Below are positions 59,288-64,000 of a stretch of DNA of 64,000 nt, piece after piece. Below the pieces are notes generated by a model. That model saw only the letters and a list, made by a program, of their open reading frames with translations. It did not search any database and had not been told where the DNA came from. The translations under genes were made by a program, and so were the position numbers. Origin of the DNA: Candidatus Saccharimonadia bacterium (GTDB lineage: Bacteria > Patescibacteriota > Saccharimonadia > UBA4664). Every line of letters begins with the position of its first letter. Within the stretch, counting starts at the first letter, position 1. The stretch lies in the NCBI GenBank assembly GCA_038245115.1, contig JBBRSS010000001.1, positions 25,234 to 89,233 on the forward strand, written 5' to 3'.

Positions 59288-60391
59288 TTAGAAATACTTC
59301 CGAAGATCGTAGACGCTTATAACCAACATCAGCGCAATCAGCGCCATAAAGCCAATAGCATGAATTTTGGCTTCGGTATCTGAAGAAATCGTCCGTTTAA
59401 AGACTTTCTGGGCAGTAATAATCGCCAGCCGCCCGCCATCAAGCGCCGGCAATGGCAGTACATTAAACGCCGCCAGAGCCACCGCAATATTGGCCATAAA
59501 CACGAGAATATAGGCAAATCCCAGCGACGATAGGCTCTTGAGAATAAACACGATTCCTAACGGCCCGGAAGCGGCTTGAGCAGCCTGAGGCACCGACTGC
59601 GAGAACAGTCCCACAATTAAGGCCGGGATGTGAATGAGCAGCTGGAATACTCCCACGATAGTCGCCACAAATAAGGCACCGGTTATATATATCGCCGCCA
59701 CCAAGGCACTCAAGGGATCGTAGCGCAATTTATACACCTGTTGGCTGCCTACGCCCAAAAAGCCATCCTTGCTGCCAGCGTCGCGCAGCTTCACACTGAC
59801 ATCCCGCTCGTCACCTTTAGAGCGGACATGCAATGTTATTTTTTGCCCCGCATGTGACTTTGTGTACTCGCGAAGTGCCGCTTCATCCTCGAGCTTCGTA
59901 TTACCTGCGCGCAGTAGAAAATCACCTTTCACCAAACCCGCTTGCGCTGCCGGAGAACCCGATACTACCTCTGCTAATATAAGCTGTTTTGGCTGAGCGT
60001 ATGTTGAATTTAAGAATTTAGGCTCAAAACTGCCGCCCAACGCCGGCAAGCCTGTCACGCACAACGCATACAGAATAACCACCGCTGTCACCAAGTTCAT
60101 GCCCACGCCGGCCAACAAAATCTTAGCTTTCACCGAATATTTTGCGCCGCCGAATGTTCCAGGACCTTTATCGGCCGCATCCTCGCCCTTGAGGCGCACA
60201 AAACCGCCCAACGGCAAAAGATTTACCGTATAGAGTGTTCCCCTGACCTGCTTGCCCCATAGCTTCGGCGGGAAGCCGATCCCGAATTCTTCCACCTCCA
60301 CTCCCCCACGGCGAGCAGCAATAAAATGACCCCACTCATGAAGAATCACGAGCATAGAAAATAAGAAAATGACTAAAATAATTATCAACAT
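59288..60391 (-). CDS. rseP: Site-2 protease RseP (M50, PDZ)
   Basis: HEWGH, FGIGF, PDZ region, NVLPLPALDGG. Confidence 0.94.
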   Translation of the reverse strand: MLIIILVIFLFSMLVILHEWGHFIAARRGGVEVEEFGIGFPPKLWGKQVRGTLYTVNLLPLGGFVRLKGEDAADKGPGTFGGAKYSVKAKILLAGVGMNLVTAVVILYALCVTGLPALGGSFEPKFLNSTYAQPKQLILAEVVSGSPAAQAGLVKGDFLLRAGNTKLEDEAALREYTKSHAGQKITLHVRSKGDERDVSVKLRDAGSKDGFLGVGSQQVYKLRYDPLSALVAAIYITGALFVATIVGVFQLLIHIPALIVGLFSQSVPQAAQAASGPLGIVFILKSLSSLGFAYILVFMANIAVALAAFNVLPLPALDGGRLAIITAQKVFKRTISSDTEAKIHAIGFMALIALMLVISVYDLRKYF

Positions 60392-60448
60392 TGATACCAA
60401 CTATACCCGATTACGAAGCCCAACGGAACCCAATTTCCAAATATAATG

Positions 60449-61156
60449 CTAGGCTCCAAACCGTCGTTGTCGCCGCGCGTATTCCGCCAAGGCCACATCG
60501 AGGTCATCAGGCTTAAATGCCGGCCACGACAACGGCGTAAAATACAACTCGGCGTAACTGGCCCGCCACAGCATAAAACCGCTCAGCCGCTGCTCGCCGG
60601 ATGTACGGATTAACAAGTCAATCGCCGGCACTTCCGGGTGGTACAAATATTGTTCCAGCCGTCCTACCGTCACATCCGCCGCTGGCACGCCATCGGCTAC
60701 CAATCGGGCCACCCCCTCCGCCAATTCGGTCTGGCCGCCATAGTTAAAGCACAATGCCAATACCGTGCCTGAGCTGTCTTTTGTCTTGGCCTCGGCATTT
60801 TCAATGGCACGCAACACCTTTGGACTCAAACGTTTACGCGACCCCATAAACACCACTTTAATGCCTTCTTTGGCATATTTTTTGATTTCCTTGGTGGCCA
60901 CCCAAACCATCAGATCCATCAAATAATCAACCTCTTCCTGGGCACGATCCCAGTTTTCGGTCGACCATACGTAGGCCGAAACATATTTCACGCCCGCATC
61001 AGATGCGGCTCGAGTAATCTCCAGTAAATTATCCGCCCCGCGGCGATGCCCCTCGAGCTTCGGCAGCCCCTGAGCCTTTGCCCACCGCCGATTGCCATCC
61101 AAAATCAGCCCGACATGCACGGGAATGGACTCCCCTACTACTGGGGGGGTCTCCAT
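60449..61156 (-). CDS. uppS: Undecaprenyl diphosphate synthase
   Basis: ILDGNRRWA, STENW.R, RTSGEQRLSGF. Confidence 0.97.
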   Translation of the reverse strand: METPPVVGESIPVHVGLILDGNRRWAKAQGLPKLEGHRRGADNLLEITRAASDAGVKYVSAYVWSTENWDRAQEEVDYLMDLMVWVATKEIKKYAKEGIKVVFMGSRKRLSPKVLRAIENAEAKTKDSSGTVLALCFNYGGQTELAEGVARLVADGVPAADVTVGRLEQYLYHPEVPAIDLLIRTSGEQRLSGFMLWRASYAELYFTPLSWPAFKPDDLDVALAEYARRQRRFGA

Positions 61157-61716
61157 TAGACTTCCATTATCTCCCTAGCCTTGGCGGCTTCAAGCTCATC
61201 TATGCGTTTCTGAAATTGATCAATTTTTTTATTCAATTCGGTTTCGGCAAATTTAACGTCATCAGATGTCGCTTCTTTTGCCTTCTCCATCCGCTTCACA
61301 TCATTTAGCACGTCGTGACGAATGTTTCGCAGGGCAATTCGACAATCTTCCACTTTACTGCCCAAGCTCTTCACAATCTCCTTCCGACGCTCTTCTGTGA
61401 GCGGCGGTATGCTCATTCGGATGGTGCTGCCATCGCTCGATGGGTTAAGCCCCAACGCCTGATTGTCGCGAATAGCCTTCTCGATCGAAGCCATCGCCGA
61501 CTTATCCCACGGCGACACGGCTATAGTACGGGCATCGGGTGTGTTTATGGACGCCACTGCTTTCAGCGGCTGCACCACCCCATAAACTTCCACCACTATG
61601 CCGTCAAGCAACGACACCGACGCTCGGCCGGTGCGCAAACTGTTAAGATCTTCGCCAAAATGTACCACAGCCTTTTCCATCTTGGGGCCGGCTGCTTCAA
61701 CTAATGTTCTGATCAT
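61156..61716 (-). CDS. frr: Ribosome recycling factor
   Basis: LRTGRAS, PPLTEERRKE, RNIR. Confidence 0.97.
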   Translation of the reverse strand: MIRTLVEAAGPKMEKAVVHFGEDLNSLRTGRASVSLLDGIVVEVYGVVQPLKAVASINTPDARTIAVSPWDKSAMASIEKAIRDNQALGLNPSSDGSTIRMSIPPLTEERRKEIVKSLGSKVEDCRIALRNIRHDVLNDVKRMEKAKEATSDDVKFAETELNKKIDQFQKRIDELEAAKAREIMEV

Positions 61717-62300
61717 ACGCCTCCTAGTTCCATTCGCTGGTAACGGCGAATGACTATATTCTCTCCCAATTTGGCCACTAAGTCAGTAGTTAGTTTGCCC
61801 ACGGTAACGTCAGGGTCCTTCACGAAGGGCTGATTCACTAGGCAAACCTGCTCGTAATACTTGGCGAGCTTGCCTTCGATAATCTTCTCCACGATCTCCG
61901 CCGGCTTACCAGCAACTTCTTTGCGGTAAATCGACTTCTCGTTCTCGATTACGTCCGCCGGGACGGCGTCGACATTCAGGTACTCTGGGCTCGCTGCTGC
62001 CACATGCATCGCAATGTCGCGCACGAAAGTCTTAAAGTCGTCGGTGCGTGCTACAAAGTCAGTCTCACAATTAACCTCTACCAGCACACCAATGCGACCG
62101 CTGTGTACGTAGCTCTCGATCAAACCCGCCCGAGCTTCACGGTCGGACTTCTTGGCGGCCGTAGCCTCACCTTTTTCGCGCAAATACTTCACGGCTTTGT
62201 CAAAATCACCCTCAGAGTGCTCGAGCGCCTCCTTAGCTTTCATCATGCCCGCGCCGGTCTGGTCGCGGAGTTTTTTCACATCTTCTACCGAAATTGCCAT
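61713..62300 (-). CDS. tsf: Elongation factor Ts (short form)
   Basis: VKKLRDQTGAGMM, EVNCETDFVAR. Confidence 0.97.
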   Translation of the reverse strand: MAISVEDVKKLRDQTGAGMMKAKEALEHSEGDFDKAVKYLREKGEATAAKKSDREARAGLIESYVHSGRIGVLVEVNCETDFVARTDDFKTFVRDIAMHVAAASPEYLNVDAVPADVIENEKSIYRKEVAGKPAEIVEKIIEGKLAKYYEQVCLVNQPFVKDPDVTVGKLTTDLVAKLGENIVIRRYQRMELGGV

Positions 62301-62330
62301 GGGATTTGTGTTCCTTTACAAAAAAATAAC

Positions 62331-63071
62331 TTAAGCGGTCGGAGCTTCGGCGGCCTTATCAGCTCTGTCAGCCATTTTACTGGCGTGGAGCTTAGAGCCC
62401 TCAGAAGCAGCATCGGCAATTGCCTGCGTAATCAAACGAACTGCCTTAATGGCGTCGTCGTTGGCCGGAATCTTGTAATCTACCAGATCCGGGTTGGCGT
62501 TGGTGTCGACGATCGCAATCACCGGAATGCCCAGCTTGCGCGATTCTGCCACCGCAATCATCTCGTTGGGTACGTCCACCACGAACACCGCGCCCGGCAG
62601 GCCGTCCATGTGCTTAATGCCGCCAAAAATACGTGTCAGCGCTGCTACTTCGTTAGAAAAGTCGAGCAGCTCCTTCTTATTGTACTTGGAGGCGTAGTCG
62701 CCGCTTTCCATGCCGGCTTCGAGCTTCTTGAGGCGTTGTACCTGCAGACGGATCGTGCGGAAGTTAGTGAGCATACCGCCCAACCAACGCTCGGTCACAA
62801 ACGGCAGCTCAGCCGCTTCGGCAATCTCTTTGACCACTGGGGCTGCCTGGCGCTTTGTGCCCACGAGCAGCACCTTGCCGCCGTTAGCCGCTGTCTCGCG
62901 AGCGAAATCAGTTGCCTCCTTGAGCAATACACCAGTCTTGGTTAGGTCAAGAATGTGTACCCCGCCGCGTGCGCCAAATATGTACTCGCGCATTTTCGGA
63001 TTCCAACGGCGAGTCTGATGTCCAAAGTGAGCACCAGCCTCCAATAATTCTTTTAAACTAACATCTGCCAT
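62331..63071 (-). CDS. rpsB: 30S ribosomal protein S2
   Basis: LLEAGAHFGH..RWNPKM, RWLGGMLTN, PANDD. Confidence 0.98.
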   Translation of the reverse strand: MADVSLKELLEAGAHFGHQTRRWNPKMREYIFGARGGVHILDLTKTGVLLKEATDFARETAANGGKVLLVGTKRQAAPVVKEIAEAAELPFVTERWLGGMLTNFRTIRLQVQRLKKLEAGMESGDYASKYNKKELLDFSNEVAALTRIFGGIKHMDGLPGAVFVVDVPNEMIAVAESRKLGIPVIAIVDTNANPDLVDYKIPANDDAIKAVRLITQAIADAASEGSKLHASKMADRADKAAEAPTA

Positions 63072-63229
63072 CTTTAGTTGTGTCCTTTCATCTACATACG
63101 ACCACCCGAGCGGGAGGATTACGGCCGTATTGATTCATTAATTACTTTATAGGCCAAGCGAGTGTACCAAATTATTACGCCCAGAACAAGCCTATAGACA
63201 GGGCAGATAATGCATCCACCCGACCCGTG

Positions 63230-63258
63230 TTGACCTAAAATCAATTATCAGGTACAAT
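63230..63258 (+). promoter_or_regulatory. Sigma70 promoter of rpmE
   Basis: TTGACC-N17-TACAAT, 9 nt before the ATG. Confidence 0.7.
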
Positions 63259-63267
63259 CTTCAAGTT

Positions 63268-63585
63268 ATGAAAACTGGTATCCACCCCGAAATCTTTGAG
63301 ACAACCGTTCACTGCAACGGCTGCAACACCACGTTCACGAGTCACACGACCGTGAGCAAAATTGACGTTGAAATTTGCTCCAACTGCCACCCGTTCTACA
63401 CGGGCAAGCAGAAGCTCATCGACACCGCCGGCCGCGTCGACAAGTTCAAGGCTCGCCAAGCAGAAGCCACCAAGCGCGCCGAGAAGAAGGCCGCTGCCGA
63501 GAACAAAAACGACCCTGAAGTTAGCAAAATCCAGGAAGAACTTCAGACTGAGACCGTCGACAGCCAGCCTTCCGCGCAGGCCTAA
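63268..63585 (+). CDS. rpmE: 50S ribosomal protein L31 (Zn-binding type, C-terminal extension)
   Basis: [25 protein letters not shown]. Confidence 0.96.
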   Translation: MKTGIHPEIFETTVHCNGCNTTFTSHTTVSKIDVEICSNCHPFYTGKQKLIDTAGRVDKFKARQAEATKRAEKKAAAENKNDPEVSKIQEELQTETVDSQPSAQA

Positions 63586-63595
63586 GTTTCCCCGA

Positions 63596-63633
63596 AAAGC
63601 GCGCTGAACAATTCCTGTACAGTTGCGCTTTTT
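63596..63633 (+). terminator. Intrinsic terminator after rpmE
   Basis: AAAAGCGC...GCGCTTTTT imperfect hairpin. Confidence 0.65.
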
Positions 63634-63657
63634 GTTTACCCTAACCCGGAAGAACCC

Positions 63658-64000
63658 ATGGACTCGACTGAACAAAAAATTCGCTCAGAGCACGAAGAGA
63701 ATGCCGACCGTATGACGCATTCGGAGCTTTTTGGTACACCGGAAATGGTCGCCCTTGCTAAGCGCCAAGCGGAGCTGGGCCCCGTAGTAACCCTATATGA
63801 CCAACGCCAAAAACTCATCGACGACCTCGTCGCCAACCGCAAATTGCTCAGTGACCCCGATTATGCCGAACTGGCCGCCGAAGAAATCACCGGCCTAGAA
63901 ACTCAACTCGAGCAAACCAACGACGACCTGCGGCTCGCTCTGGTACCCAAAGACCCGGCCGACGCCAAGAACGCCATTATCGAAATTCGCGCCGGCGCCG
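63658..64000 (+). CDS. prfA: Peptide chain release factor 1, N-terminal part (runs off the window)
   Basis: Translated by hand from ATG 63658: ..DPDYAELAAEE..LVPKDPADAKNAIIEIRAGA; follows rpmE. Confidence 0.93.
   Translation, partial: MDSTEQKIRSEHEENADRMTHSELFGTPEMVALAKRQAELGPVVTLYDQRQKLIDDLVANRKLLSDPDYAELAAEEITGLETQLEQTNDDLRLALVPKDPADAKNAIIEIRAGA

Noticed and set aside
56380-62945. Long + strand ORFs (56380-57276 and 62004-62945)
   Set aside because: Antisense to mreB and to rpsB/tsf, with no recognisable motifs.
1-64000. Alternative genetic code (UGA=Gly, code 25)
   Set aside because: Conserved genes such as recO, mreB, secA and tsf end cleanly at TGA, and prfB is intact.

Overview
A 64-kb, gene-dense chromosomal segment of a small-genome bacterium, most likely Candidatus Saccharibacteria/Patescibacteria (CPR). 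This is inferred from gene content: eukaryote-type GlyRS, class I LysRS, archaeal-type ProRS, a sigma-r4/HTH protein, an orphan VirB4/HerA-like ATPase, an LPxTG surface protein, and operons missing pyrH/cdsA/dxr. It uses genetic code 11, since TGA serves as a stop. Bases 1-31.4 kb are mostly + strand: topA, PBP1A, prfB-ftsEX-CHAP hydrolase-S41 protease, pyrG, xseAB, a GAF/PAS histidine kinase with its regulator, recO, glyQS, yvcK, galU-like. Bases 31.4-63.1 kb are - strand: a reduced dcw cluster, murD-secA-hpf-serS-lysS-greA, mreBCD-mrdA, proS, rseP-uppS-frr-tsf-rpsB. rpmE and a partial prfA follow on +. I saw no rRNA, tRNA, CRISPR array or transposase. The most notable unexplained feature is a ~2-kb island at 13.75-15.73 kb. 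It pairs an actinobacterial-like PIN-PhoH gene with a degenerate PIN site with a divergent unit made of a leaderless 24-aa peptide, a terminator and a ~300-nt multi-stem RNA candidate. Other oddities: a 22-aa basic micro-ORF between rsmH and ftsL, pervasive leaderless promoters, a likely ATT start codon, an RPE-like palindromic element between mreB and mreC, and an attenuator-like greA leader. All calls come from reading the sequence; no database search or folding program was run.
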